From an uncultured Candidatus Saccharibacteria bacterium (lineage in GTDB: Bacteria > Patescibacteriota > Saccharimonadia > Saccharimonadales > Saccharimonadaceae): a DNA stretch of 64,000 nt. Below the pieces are notes generated by a model that was not told where the DNA came from, searched no databases, and was given only the letters and a program-made list of their open reading frames with translations. Position numbers and translations under genes: made by a program. The stretch covers positions 3,501 through 67,500 of the forward strand of contig CBDFCT010000001.1 in the NCBI GenBank assembly GCA_965246155.1, written 5' to 3'. Of this stretch, positions 18,607 to 27,500 are shown in pieces; position 1 is the stretch's first letter, and each line of letters opens with the position of its first letter.

Positions 18607-20289
18607 TTACTTCGTGCCCCGATGACGTAGCTTGTCGTAGGCTTGCTTAATCTCCTGACGATATTGCCAAGCTAGGATGCCCAAAGCAACGGCCGTAGTG
18701 GCGATCAGGGCGATAATCAGAGTGGTGGTGCTGGTTGATTTAGCCTGGTCGGTTGATGTCTTAACGGGATACTTAGCATTATCGGTTTTGGCACTATTAG
18801 TACCACCACTGACAGCCTTTTTCTTGACACAGCGATTGGTGACAGGATTGCGCTCGTAGCCATCCTTACAGGGAGTGAGTTTCTTCTTAGCGTCAGCACT
18901 GTTGGTGTCGGCAATCTTGACACAGCGATTGGTGACAGGATTGCGCTTGTAGCCTTCTTTGCAGGGAGTTAGGGAGCTGACGCTGGTGGAGCTACTGGCA
19001 ACTTTAACGCAACGGTTAGTGGCGGGGTTGCGGACATAGCCGGCCCGGCATGGCAGCAGCGTTGAGCCGCCATTGTCATTTTCCTCGTCTTCGTCGGTCG
19101 CAATTTTACGACAGCGATTGGTCTCAGGGTTGCGTTCGTAGCCATCAGGACAGTCAGGTAAATCATCGTCGTCGGATTGTACCTTGCGACAACGGTGTGT
19201 TTCGGGGTTACGTTCATAGCCCTCGGGGCATGGTTTTAGTGATTGGTCGTTATTATCCGGCTTGGGGTCCGGCTTGCGACATTTACCGGTTTTCTGATCT
19301 CGCACCTGACCGGTCGGACAGGCTTTATTTTCTTCAATAACGTTATCTTCGCCCGGAGTGGGACGAAAAGTCGTTTTCCAGACGCCATTTTCATCAAGAG
19401 CTAGGCTTGTCCCCGGCTTGGTATTACTGTATCGCTTGTAGCTAACCACCGTTGTGTCGTCGCTATCGATCAGGTAGATGACGCCGCTAGCTTTGGGTAG
19501 AGGCGGAATCTGATGCTCGGAGATATTGATACTATATAGCCCGCCCGGATCAAGATCATGATCGGGCAGCTTGTGATGAACCGAGTCCTTGACTTTACCG
19601 GTGGCTAGATGGCAATTTGACAAGTTGATGGTCTCATCACCGGTGTTAACGAGCTCGACGAACTGTTGATTGTCGCTCAGATTAGCCCCGATTTCGTTCA
19701 GGTGCAACTTGGTACACTGACCGGTTTTCGGTAGGTCATTGGGATCGGTGGCGGTAACTGACGGGTCGCTACATTTGATGGCTTTACCGGGTGTCTTCTT
19801 GCCATAATAAAACTTGTTTGAGAGCAGACGTTTGCGGTCGCCGTAGTCTGATTGGCAACGCTGGTAGGAGTAGCCATCTTGCTCATCCAGGGCATCTTCA
19901 ATCTCCTGGAAGATGCTGTCGCCATACATTGTCTTGATATATTTTTTGGCTAACCAACCGACCCAGCCTTCGCCGAGAGACAACTTCTTGTAGGCATGGG
20001 GCTTGTAGCTATGAAAGTCACCGATGGGCGGCATATCGAAATCAAAGGGTAGGTTGACGACGAAATCTTGCCAGCCGAGGGCGTTGTGGTCGTCGTTATT
20101 ATAGAGCTCTACGTAAGCACCTTTGTAATCATTGTCCCCCAGGTAGATTTCGCTGATAATCCAACGTTGGTCTGTAATGGGATCGCTATCAATGACCTTG
20201 GCTGAGCCGGTCTTGGTCAGAAGTGAGGCAATCAGGCAACAGATAATTAATAAAGCAAAGAGATGAAGTTTTAGGTGTTTTATTTTCAT
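18607..20289 (-). CDS. Secreted, C-terminally anchored protein: two lamin-tail-like domains plus six 2-Cys mini-repeats
   Basis: Signal peptide. LTD-like SEIYLG...AYVELYN and LNEIGAN...QFVELVNTGDETINLSNCHL. Repeats are C[PRK]xGYxRNPxTxRC[RV]K, five canonical plus one degenerate copy. C-terminal TM helix. The stop TAA directly abuts the ruvC ATG. Confidence 0.65.
   Translation of the reverse strand: MKIKHLKLHLFALLIICCLIASLLTKTGSAKVIDSDPITDQRWIISEIYLGDNDYKGAYVELYNNDDHNALGWQDFVVNLPFDFDMPPIGDFHSYKPHAYKKLSLGEGWVGWLAKKYIKTMYGDSIFQEIEDALDEQDGYSYQRCQSDYGDRKRLLSNKFYYGKKTPGKAIKCSDPSVTATDPNDLPKTGQCTKLHLNEIGANLSDNQQFVELVNTGDETINLSNCHLATGKVKDSVHHKLPDHDLDPGGLYSINISEHQIPPLPKASGVIYLIDSDDTTVVSYKRYSNTKPGTSLALDENGVWKTTFRPTPGEDNVIEENKACPTGQVRDQKTGKCRKPDPKPDNNDQSLKPCPEGYERNPETHRCRKVQSDDDDLPDCPDGYERNPETNRCRKIATDEDEENDNGGSTLLPCRAGYVRNPATNRCVKVASSSTSVSSLTPCKEGYKRNPVTNRCVKIADTNSADAKKKLTPCKDGYERNPVTNRCVKKKAVSGGTNSAKTDNAKYPVKTSTDQAKSTSTTTLIIALIATTAVALGILAWQYRQEIKQAYDKLRHRGTK
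18823..18969. repeat. Two 54-nt near-identical direct repeats (period 93 nt) inside the Cys-repeat region
   Basis: 18823-18876 versus 18916-18969. The first 33 nt are identical (CTTGACACAGCGATTGGTGACAGGATTGCGCT). Confidence 0.85.
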
Positions 20290-20316
20290 CGCTGGGGTTA
20301 GTGTAGCATCACTTGG

Positions 20317-20739
20317 CTAGACTTGTCCAATTTTGTGTATCTCTACCTCCCGCCCTCGGTCTGCTCGGTGACTAATCTTAATGGTGATATGCTCGGCCGG
20401 TAGGACACTCTTGATGCTGTCGCCCCACTCAATCACTGTGATGGCGTGATGGTCGTGGATGGTCTCAGCTAATTCGTCGGCGATAATGCCGGCGTCGCTA
20501 AGGCGATAAAAATCGTAATGATGCAGCGTCAGTCCATTGCGACCTCGGTAATTACAATTGATGGTGAACGATGGTGAGGTGATGTTATCTTTGATGCCCA
20601 GTCCCTGAGCCAATCCTCTGGTCAGAGTGGTTTTGCCGGTGCCGATGTCGCCGACCAGCTCAATTACCTCGCCTCCCTTGAGTTCGGCGCCTAACTGACG
20701 ACCGAGCTGCTCCATCTTGACCGGACTGGTGATGATCAT
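20317..20739 (-). CDS. tsaE: tRNA t6A37 biosynthesis ATPase TsaE (YjeE)
   Basis: 140 aa. GDIGTGKTTLTRGLAQGLG and a downstream HHYDFYRL motif. Confidence 0.85.
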   Translation of the reverse strand: MIITSPVKMEQLGRQLGAELKGGEVIELVGDIGTGKTTLTRGLAQGLGIKDNITSPSFTINCNYRGRNGLTLHHYDFYRLSDAGIIADELAETIHDHHAITVIEWGDSIKSVLPAEHITIKISHRADRGREVEIHKIGQV

Positions 20740-20758
20740 GAGCTTATTGTAGCACGAG

Positions 20759-21703
20759 CTAGAGTAGATGGCGTTTCTTAGCCCAGATGATCACGGCGAT
20801 AGTGGCAACGACGGCGATGGCGGTAACTATCAGGAAGCTGTTGCGGGTTTCCTGCATTGGGACGTGAACATTCATGCCGTAAAAGCTAAAGACCAGATCG
20901 GGGACAGCGATAAGCATGGTAGCGACAGTGAGAGTCTTCATGATCGAGTTGAGCGAATTGTTGGTCATGGTGCTATAGGCGTCACGAATGCTGGTGATGC
21001 GCCTGGCATTAGAGTTGCAAATACCAATGTACTGCTGGGTAGCCAGGATGGCGTCGGTAATATCGTCGCTATTGCTGCCGGACAGGGGGATAGATCTGTC
21101 GGCTTGAATGCGCTGCAAGAGGGGTGCTAACGGCGTAAGGGCGCTGACGAAGTCGTTAATCTGGTCTTCCAGCAGAATGAGATTTAAGAAGACCTCGTTC
21201 TCCAGCCGACGAGTCTGGATCTCGGCGACGACACTGCTAATGGCGTTGGAGTGAGTCTTGATGTAGCGGTCGTACGACTCTACTACCTGGGTCAGGAGGT
21301 AAACCAAAGCTGACTGAACGGTACGAGCTAGGGCAAGATTGCTAATCAGGGAGGTTAGAGGTAAAACCGGCGACAAATGCATGCTGGTGACGATTAGTAG
21401 CAGGTGATTGTTATAGACCACTAGAACCGGGCGGGTGATGGGATTAACTTTCTGGTTAGCTCGGGCATTAGGTAGACTGACGTAGAGGTAGTGGTAGCCG
21501 TCTCGCTGGGTGAGATTAGGAGTCTCGTTAATGTCAAGTGACTCCTCTAGGGTGCGGTAGGATAAATTGTATTTGCTGGCGAGTCGTTGCAGCTCAGGGC
21601 GAGAGATGGATTCGATAATGGCGATGCCATTGAGTCGGTTAGGCATAGCGCTAACATCGGGCAGCTCAGCTGCTTTACCGGACTTGCCCACCAACGTAAT
21701 CAT
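20759..21703 (-). CDS. corA: CorA-family magnesium/cobalt transporter
   Basis: C-terminal two TM helices with FYGMN (GMN motif). Start set to ATG 21703 (TGCTACAAT plus 6 nt). Confidence 0.8.
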   Translation of the reverse strand: MITLVGKSGKAAELPDVSAMPNRLNGIAIIESISRPELQRLASKYNLSYRTLEESLDINETPNLTQRDGYHYLYVSLPNARANQKVNPITRPVLVVYNNHLLLIVTSMHLSPVLPLTSLISNLALARTVQSALVYLLTQVVESYDRYIKTHSNAISSVVAEIQTRRLENEVFLNLILLEDQINDFVSALTPLAPLLQRIQADRSIPLSGSNSDDITDAILATQQYIGICNSNARRITSIRDAYSTMTNNSLNSIMKTLTVATMLIAVPDLVFSFYGMNVHVPMQETRNSFLIVTAIAVVATIAVIIWAKKRHLL

Positions 21704-21775
21704 GAGCTTATTGTAGCACAAGCAATTTGGTGAATCTTACGGTATAATCGTCAGTGTAATTAATGGTGAGGTCTA

Positions 21776-24298
21776 ATGTGCGAGCAACAGGCTAAGATGA
21801 CTAGCAGAGTCGGTGCCACTGACTATCGTCTGGGCTGGCTGTGCCATTTAGGCGTCGGCTTGGTGGTAGTGCTGATTGTTTACTTGGCGGTGGTCAATAT
21901 TCTACTCTCGGCTACGCCCGTGGCGGCAGGTGCTCCCGGTTACGATGGGTCGGCTTATCTAATCTTTAGCCTTGGAGGTTCTAATATCGATTTTCAACTG
22001 AGAAACAGCGAGATAAGTAGGATCATCCACGATTATGCTATATCGACTAATGCGGTAAAAGGGTACGACGTGACACTAGCTAGTACAACATCCGGTACCA
22101 GTCTAGTTCATCAGAGTGGCTATGCCATACCGGCCACTTCTGCTACCATGGCGGCACCGACTACCTTGCCGCCTGACACTTGGGGTGTAGCCCCTCTAGG
22201 CATGGCGAACTTTAGTTCTCGGTCGGACTACGAATCAAATGACCAGTCCGTATTAAAAGCTACCAAATATGCCGCTGTGCCGGCGGCGGGACAAGCAGTT
22301 AGCATCATGTCGGGGAGTGGTCCGATTAAAAATGGTGTTCATGGTGTGGTCTACTATGCCATAAATTGGACTCGTAATCCGCAGTTCAGAGCTGGTATTT
22401 ACCAAGCAAAAGTGGTTTATACAGCGACTATTAAAGTGCCGCCACCACCGAAGCTGGCTTCGGTTACTCCGGATAGTTATATGGTTAATTCACCGTATTA
22501 TGGCGGAGTAGTGAGTGACGCCAAAATAACTTTATCAGGGACTAGCCTGGAGACGGTAAGCAGTGTGACCTTGGACATCGACGGTGACGGCAAACTATCT
22601 AGTGGCGATATACAATGTGGGGAGATTACCGTGTTAAACGATGCAACTATCTCTTGTGTGGTGAGCAATTTTGAGGCAAGCAAAGCTCCTCTGGGTAAGT
22701 ATGACATTTTGGTTGTGACGCAGGGCGGTCGGGCGAAATTGGCTAAGGCTTTTTCGCTCAAGAAGTACGGCATTTGTGCTAATAGAGCCGGTGCTGGGAG
22801 CGACTGTCAGGTCGATCTGGATGAGAATATGATTCCGGTCGACTTAAGCCATGATTACATACCTAAATTAACTTCCTTAACTAATGCTCAGATTAGGAGC
22901 GGTCAGGTTGATTGGTATGATTATTACTATAAGAAGTGGGCTAATGCCGTCACGGTTAAACCGGATAAATTAGCTAAGTACAAGAATAAGTCGGTCAAAG
23001 TTGATTGGGATGATGTTTTAGGCTATTGGGTATATATCCCTCGGTATGCTTACGAGGTGCAACGTCGCAATGCCACTGATCGCTATGTTGGGGCGCAGAA
23101 CTTCGAGATTCAGTTTGAGAAGTCTACCGACATTAAGAAGCGACCGGTCGCTAGTTGCAATGCTCACATTAAGACAGCCGGTCAGATGTGGGCGAATGGG
23201 ACCCCGGACAATGTTGATGGCAATATCTTAGCTAAAGACTATCGAACCGGCTGTCAGCTGGATCGAACCTACTATAAGCGTGACCCAGCTAAGTCCAACC
23301 AGACTACCTGGGCAACCCACCCCGCCTTTAGCTTTGGCGACAGAGAGCTGAATGGTTTCTGGGTAGGCAAGTTTGAAACTACCGGCGTGCGTAGTAGTCC
23401 CACGGTGAAGCCCAGCCAAAAATCGAACATCTCTGAGCCAATTGGCAATTTCTTCACTATGGCGAAAAGTATCGGGGTTGGCGATCCGAGTAATACGGGT
23501 GGTAGTACTATCGCCGGGACTGTCAATAACTCACACAACTTAGCTAAGGCAACTACTCACTTAGCTAAGAGTAGCGAGTGGGGTGCTATTGCCTATCTAG
23601 CTAGCTCTATCTACGGAGTGGGTGTGGGTGGACTGGGTATAAATAACTACGTAGTGGGTAGTGGCGGAACTGACGCCGACGGTCAGATCGGTGATGTTGG
23701 CGTAACGGGCTGTGGACAAGGGGTTCTGGCAGTCAATACTGGTGCCGTCCTCAATGCCGCTACGATCGAGTCGGATAGTGCCTGTGGGAGATATGATCAA
23801 CAGTATGACTCCAGCCAAGGTGTCAAGGCTTCAACGACTAATTTCCGGTGGGGAGTGTATGATCTGCCGGGCGGAGCTCATGAGATAACAGCGGGTAACC
23901 GAACCAACTTCAATGACAGCACCACTGCGCTAACCGGTAGCATGACGACACCAGCCAAAGAGCCCTACGTTAACCTATATAGAGCTAGTCAAGGCTTCGG
24001 TGTAAGGCCGGGCTGGTCTGTCTCCAGTAACGAAGCTAAGTTTAATTTCGACAACTGTACCTTTGAGACTTGCGGCGGTCAGGCGCTTCATGAGACCAAA
24101 TCAGTCATGTCGGTCGATGGCGATTCATCGTCTTGGAATGGCGGAGTGTCAAACTTTACTACAGCAACTGCGCCATGGTCTGTCTATGGTGGTAGCGCTC
24201 GCTTTGGTAATAGAGCGGGGCTGTTCGCTTCCGAAAAGGGTGATGGTCAATCTTCTATTAACAGCATCACTATGAGGGCTACCTTGATCGTACCTTGA
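21776..24298 (+). CDS. Large surface protein: N-terminal TM/signal, beta-sandwich region, IPT/TIG-like domain, ~500-aa C-terminal domain of unknown function
   Basis: IPT-like SVTPDSY...ITLSGTSL...ISCVV...YDILVVT. The C-terminal domain has the motifs GFWVGKFETTG and SSEWGAIAYLASSIYG, possibly an FGE/C-type-lectin-like fold (low confidence). Confidence 0.5.
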   Translation: MCEQQAKMTSRVGATDYRLGWLCHLGVGLVVVLIVYLAVVNILLSATPVAAGAPGYDGSAYLIFSLGGSNIDFQLRNSEISRIIHDYAISTNAVKGYDVTLASTTSGTSLVHQSGYAIPATSATMAAPTTLPPDTWGVAPLGMANFSSRSDYESNDQSVLKATKYAAVPAAGQAVSIMSGSGPIKNGVHGVVYYAINWTRNPQFRAGIYQAKVVYTATIKVPPPPKLASVTPDSYMVNSPYYGGVVSDAKITLSGTSLETVSSVTLDIDGDGKLSSGDIQCGEITVLNDATISCVVSNFEASKAPLGKYDILVVTQGGRAKLAKAFSLKKYGICANRAGAGSDCQVDLDENMIPVDLSHDYIPKLTSLTNAQIRSGQVDWYDYYYKKWANAVTVKPDKLAKYKNKSVKVDWDDVLGYWVYIPRYAYEVQRRNATDRYVGAQNFEIQFEKSTDIKKRPVASCNAHIKTAGQMWANGTPDNVDGNILAKDYRTGCQLDRTYYKRDPAKSNQTTWATHPAFSFGDRELNGFWVGKFETTGVRSSPTVKPSQKSNISEPIGNFFTMAKSIGVGDPSNTGGSTIAGTVNNSHNLAKATTHLAKSSEWGAIAYLASSIYGVGVGGLGINNYVVGSGGTDADGQIGDVGVTGCGQGVLAVNTGAVLNAATIESDSACGRYDQQYDSSQGVKASTTNFRWGVYDLPGGAHEITAGNRTNFNDSTTALTGSMTTPAKEPYVNLYRASQGFGVRPGWSVSSNEAKFNFDNCTFETCGGQALHETKSVMSVDGDSSSWNGGVSNFTTATAPWSVYGGSARFGNRAGLFASEKGDGQSSINSITMRATLIVP

Positions 24299-24308
24299 AG
24301 TCGCCTGC

Positions 24309-25028
24309 TTATTCAGCCGGTAATGGCTCGGTAGGGCAGCTGGTCAGCACCCGTTTCATGGCGGAGCTTTCCGCTGGAGTAACCCATAGTCGGTACTTCA
24401 GTTTGACGGCAATCTGGCGAGCGACGTAGGCGCAATGAAAGGCAATATTACTTGGTAGCCACTGGTCGGCGTCGCTGTCGGACTTCTCTTGATTAGCAGC
24501 ACTGCTGACAGCGATCAGCTCCAGGTCGTCATTAGCTAGCTGCTTGCGTTCGGTGGCGGAGAGGTAGCGAGCGCCGGTGCGCCAGGCATTGCCTAGGGCG
24601 ACGACGTGGTCAATTTGGACTTTTTTAGAGACTGCTTCTTTGGTAGATAGCTCTATCTGTCGGCCGGTGTACGGGTCGAGTAGATTGCCGCTGACGACCG
24701 TACAGCCATTCGGGGCGAGCTTGATGTCCTTGACGTCACGGTTGAGAATCTTTTGCCTGACATTGCAGCTACGCCAGCTTGCCCAGCCATGACTAAAATT
24801 ACTGCGCTGGTAATCATCTCCCGTCTCGGCGTCTTTGACCGGTAGCTTAGTTAGTTGGTCGATCGCCAGGTTGCTGTTAGGCTCAGACTGGTGGGTCGGA
24901 GCTGGGGCAGGGGGTGGTGTTTGGCTGGTTTGATAGAGTTGATAACCGAGAACGCCGACTGCGATCAGAAGGGCTAGGCTAATTAGCCAGCCCCACAAAC
25001 GTTTGGTCGAGCTGCTCGGTTTTCTCAT
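24309..25028 (-). CDS. Secreted HNH-type nuclease (DUF1524 / GmrSD C-terminal-like)
   Basis: N-terminal TM/signal. QIDHVVALGNAW...NQEKSDSDADQWLP is the His-Me finger pattern of the DUF1524 family. Confidence 0.65.
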   Translation of the reverse strand: MRKPSSSTKRLWGWLISLALLIAVGVLGYQLYQTSQTPPPAPAPTHQSEPNSNLAIDQLTKLPVKDAETGDDYQRSNFSHGWASWRSCNVRQKILNRDVKDIKLAPNGCTVVSGNLLDPYTGRQIELSTKEAVSKKVQIDHVVALGNAWRTGARYLSATERKQLANDDLELIAVSSAANQEKSDSDADQWLPSNIAFHCAYVARQIAVKLKYRLWVTPAESSAMKRVLTSCPTEPLPAE

Positions 25029-25067
25029 TTTCGTTTTTAAGGTCTTGTCGTATTATACTAGATATAG

Positions 25068-25571
25068 ATGAAAAAGACATTGACAATCTTGCTGTCGCTG
25101 ACTGTGTTGGTGAGTTGCGTGGCTACGCCTGCTTTAGCTGTACCTAGTAGCGAGGTGGTCAAAGCTAACTGTCGGGCAGTGCAGTCGGTACTTAATCAGA
25201 TGGAGAAAGCTGATGCGGCGCTAAGGATTAATCGCGGCCGGGTCTACAATGAACTACTCAATCTATTCTACGCAATGAATACTCGATTGCTGAGCAATAA
25301 GATTTCGTTGCCTAACTTAGTCTCGCTTACCTCGGAGTTTGAGAGTGTGCTCGGCGAATTTCGGACTAACTACAATAGCTATGATGATGCGCTAGGCGAC
25401 CTGGTGGGGGTGAGGTGCCAGGAAGAGCCGATAGCTTTTTATGACAAATTAGTGAAGGTGCGGGATGAACGGGCTAAGCTGAATAGTAATATTAAAAGGC
25501 TGGATCAGTTAGTCGAGCTATATGGGGATGAATTTAATACGAATGCAAAGGCGCAGATCAATGCTCGATAA
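25068..25571 (+). CDS. Hypothetical secreted helical protein
   Basis: Signal peptide ...PALAVPS. No family recognised. Confidence 0.45.
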   Translation: MKKTLTILLSLTVLVSCVATPALAVPSSEVVKANCRAVQSVLNQMEKADAALRINRGRVYNELLNLFYAMNTRLLSNKISLPNLVSLTSEFESVLGEFRTNYNSYDDALGDLVGVRCQEEPIAFYDKLVKVRDERAKLNSNIKRLDQLVELYGDEFNTNAKAQINAR

Positions 25572-25923
25572 ACTGGCTACTATCAAGTCTCGTCTAGCCC
25601 GACACCAATTTGCTTGCTTCATCAGTCTGTGCATCTTACTGGCGATGGTGATGACGACCATTAGCTTGGACTTATATCGTAAGAGCGGGGCGATCAAGCT
25701 GGATATGAGTCGTCCCGGGTATGAAAAGGTGCGAAGCAAGGTGGAGAAGAGCCGAGACGACCAGCCATTTGAAAACTCGGGTACATTGAACAAGGCGGCT
25801 ATTACCGACTTTGATCAACGGATGAGCAAGCACCGCAAGGAGCTGAAGGGCTTAGGTAATTATGATAATGCTAACATCAGTGACGAAAGTTTGGGGCTAA
25901 GCTCCTCGCCGGTTACACCATAG
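25561..25923 (+). CDS. Hypothetical single-pass membrane protein
   Basis: ATG 25561 overlaps the upstream stop by 11 nt. TM helix FACFISLCILLAMVMTTISL. Confidence 0.4.
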   Translation: MLDKLATIKSRLARHQFACFISLCILLAMVMTTISLDLYRKSGAIKLDMSRPGYEKVRSKVEKSRDDQPFENSGTLNKAAITDFDQRMSKHRKELKGLGNYDNANISDESLGLSSSPVTP

Positions 25924-25943
25924 CTCAGAGGTGATGACTACTG

Positions 25944-25970
25944 TTGGCACTCTTGACTAGCTAGTGCTAA
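25944..25970. promoter_or_regulatory. CIRCE operator (HrcA box) overlapping the hrcA promoter
   Basis: TTGGCACTC-N9-TAGTGCTAA versus the consensus TTAGCACTC-N9-GAGTGCTAA. The -35 TTGACT lies in the spacer, followed by N17 and TATAAT (25976-25981). Confidence 0.8.
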
Positions 25971-25987
25971 TTACTTATAATGCGGTT

Positions 25988-26725
25988 ATGATGACTGAGC
26001 GCCAGGCTAAGATATTAGCCGCTATTATTGAGCAGTACGCTGAGCTGGCTACTCCGGTCGGCAGCGTCTTGCTGGCGAAGCTATTTGACGTTTCACCCGC
26101 CACGATGCGCTCGGAAATGGCGAAGCTGGAGGAGATGGGCTACCTGCGCCAGCCGCATACTTCGGCCGGCCGGGTACCAACTGATAAAGGGTATCGACTA
26201 TATGTCAACAGCATCGCCGAGACCAATCTGGCTCGCAAGCCTAGCCATAGTGACGAGCGCTACACTAAGGTGATCAAAGCTCGGGTGGTCGGTGGCGGCA
26301 GGGCTGACCTAGCAATCAGGGCAGCAGTTGATTCACTGGTAGAGCTAACGCACAATTTGGGATTAGCGACCATTGGCACGCAGCTTTACCTCAGCGGCAT
26401 GGGCAATTTATTTGCTCAGCCGGAGTTTCTGGACGGTGAACATGTTCGAGCGGTGGCTAATTTGCTTGATAATCTGGAGCCGTGGCTGAGAGAGGCGACC
26501 CCGAATGAAACCCTGAACGTTTTTATCGGCTCGGAGAATGATATCGGGCGGGATAGCGATACTTCGTTGATCATCAGTAAGTTTCGTTCGCCTTTTTCCG
26601 ATAGTAGCTACATAGGGGTGCTTGGTCCGACTCGTCAGAGCTATGCTAAGGTGATGCGCCTGGTAGCGCAGACGGGTAGTTTGTTGGAACATATACTAGT
26701 TAGTGATAATTTATTAGAAGGATGA
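25988..26725 (+). CDS. hrcA: Heat-inducible transcription repressor HrcA (short form)
   Basis: N-terminal wHTH (ERQAKILAAIIEQY...VGS..LA......SPATMRSEMAKLEEMGYL.QPHTSAGRVPT.KGYR.YV) and C-terminal GVLGPTRQSY. Start set by TATAAT plus 6 nt. Confidence 0.85.
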   Translation: MMTERQAKILAAIIEQYAELATPVGSVLLAKLFDVSPATMRSEMAKLEEMGYLRQPHTSAGRVPTDKGYRLYVNSIAETNLARKPSHSDERYTKVIKARVVGGGRADLAIRAAVDSLVELTHNLGLATIGTQLYLSGMGNLFAQPEFLDGEHVRAVANLLDNLEPWLREATPNETLNVFIGSENDIGRDSDTSLIISKFRSPFSDSSYIGVLGPTRQSYAKVMRLVAQTGSLLEHILVSDNLLEG

Positions 26726-26729
26726 TGCG

Positions 26730-27230
26730 ATGAGAGAACCGAAGACTAAATCAAGAGATAATGAGCTGGCTGAGCTACAACAAACTATCATGGAGCAACA
26801 GGCGAAACTAGCCGAGCTGACTGATCTGGCTCAGCGTACCAGAGCTGATTTCGAGAATTATCGCAAGAATAGCGAAGCGAATCTGGCTAGAGCAGAAGAG
26901 CGTAGTCGGGAGCGGGTGGTCAAGCAATTATTACCGATCGTTGACGCCTTAGACATGGCAACGGTGAATCTCCCTGAGAGCTTGGCTGATGATGACTGGG
27001 CGAAAGGTGTCATGGCGACGAGGCGTAATATGGAGCGGATGATGAAAGAGCTGGGGCTAATTAGACAACCGGTTCGGGTTGGCGATGCTTTTGATCACGA
27101 TCAGCACGAGGCCATCTCCTTCGAAGGCGGTGAAGGTGAGAGTGAGATTATCGCCGAGGTGATGCGCCCGGGATATCTGTATAAGGGCTTCGTTCTGCGC
27201 CCGGCTATGGTCAAAGTGGCGAAGAAATAG
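26730..27230 (+). CDS. grpE: Nucleotide exchange factor GrpE
   Basis: RTRADFENYRKN motif and C-terminal beta-domain (RPGY..KG.VLRPAMVKV). Confidence 0.9.
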   Translation: MREPKTKSRDNELAELQQTIMEQQAKLAELTDLAQRTRADFENYRKNSEANLARAEERSRERVVKQLLPIVDALDMATVNLPESLADDDWAKGVMATRRNMERMMKELGLIRQPVRVGDAFDHDQHEAISFEGGEGESEIIAEVMRPGYLYKGFVLRPAMVKVAKK

Positions 27231-27500
27231 CCGGCGTTAATGGTGCTAAGCTCCGAGATGTGCTTAAGGCATTAGTTCTTGAGGGATGCTGATGTAGGTA
27301 TATACTTATTGTTAGACACGTTTCTAACGTCCTTTCCGGTTAATTGACTTTCCAAAAATCCATTAAACCACGGGACTAAAATTGAAACGTGTCTTTATTG
27401 AGCTTATCCTTTGCAGTTGAGGTGTTAATTTAAGTCCCTTATTGACAGTTATGCCAACTCATGGTAAAACAGTCTTATAGTTCATTAAGGAGGTTGTGTC

